The position numbers and the translations under genes were made by a program. Below the pieces are notes generated by a model that saw nothing but the letters and a program-made list of their open reading frames with translations, made no database searches and was not told the origin of the DNA. A DNA stretch of 27,136 bases from Candidatus Firestoneibacteriota bacterium (GTDB lineage Bacteria; Oederibacteriota; D2-FULL-39-29; JBDRBU01), in NCBI GenBank assembly GCA_043822305.1, contig JBDRBU010000070.1, positions 1-27,136 of the forward strand, written 5' to 3'. Shown here piece after piece: positions 27,102-27,136 of the stretch. Within the stretch, counting starts at the first letter, position 1. Each line of letters opens with the position of its first letter.

Positions 27102-27136
27102 ATGGTTAATTTTGATAAAAGTAAAATTAAAGTAAA
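27102..27136 (+). CDS. Start of a gene running off the window end (MVNFDKSKIKV...)
   Basis: Strong SD AAGGAGG 7 nt before the ATG, and the frame is open to the window end. Confidence 0.55.
   Translation, partial: MVNFDKSKIKV

Overview
AT-rich bacterial chromosomal window that appears to span a replication-origin region: mnmG-rsmG-(frameshifted AKR-like gene)-parA-parB with a perfect parS inside parB, and a DnaA-box cluster upstream of mnmG, but no dnaA, mnmE or rpmH in the window. Left part: decayed IS1634 element, a BtrH/DUF4872 gene plus two AlkD-like genes (one frameshifted), an FAH hydrolase-M20 peptidase-nadE operon, IS21 and IS1380 relics, and a TPAT-type TRAP transporter (tatT-tatP-fused tatQM). 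Right part: a UroD/MtaA-family gene, a CsgG/FlgO-TPR gene pair, tRNA-Glu(CTC), and an accessory block with Fic and AbiEi/AbiEii. Main unannotated signals: (1) a MITE family with 20-bp TIRs and 8-bp target duplications carrying a palindrome-flanked, internally deleted DUF559-like cassette, seen in full, alternatively deleted and precisely emptied states; (2) five canonical sigma70 promoters ending 5-7 nt before ATG, suggesting leaderless mRNAs; (3) several REP-like and operator palindromes. Family assignments rest on motif recognition by eye; no database searches were run.
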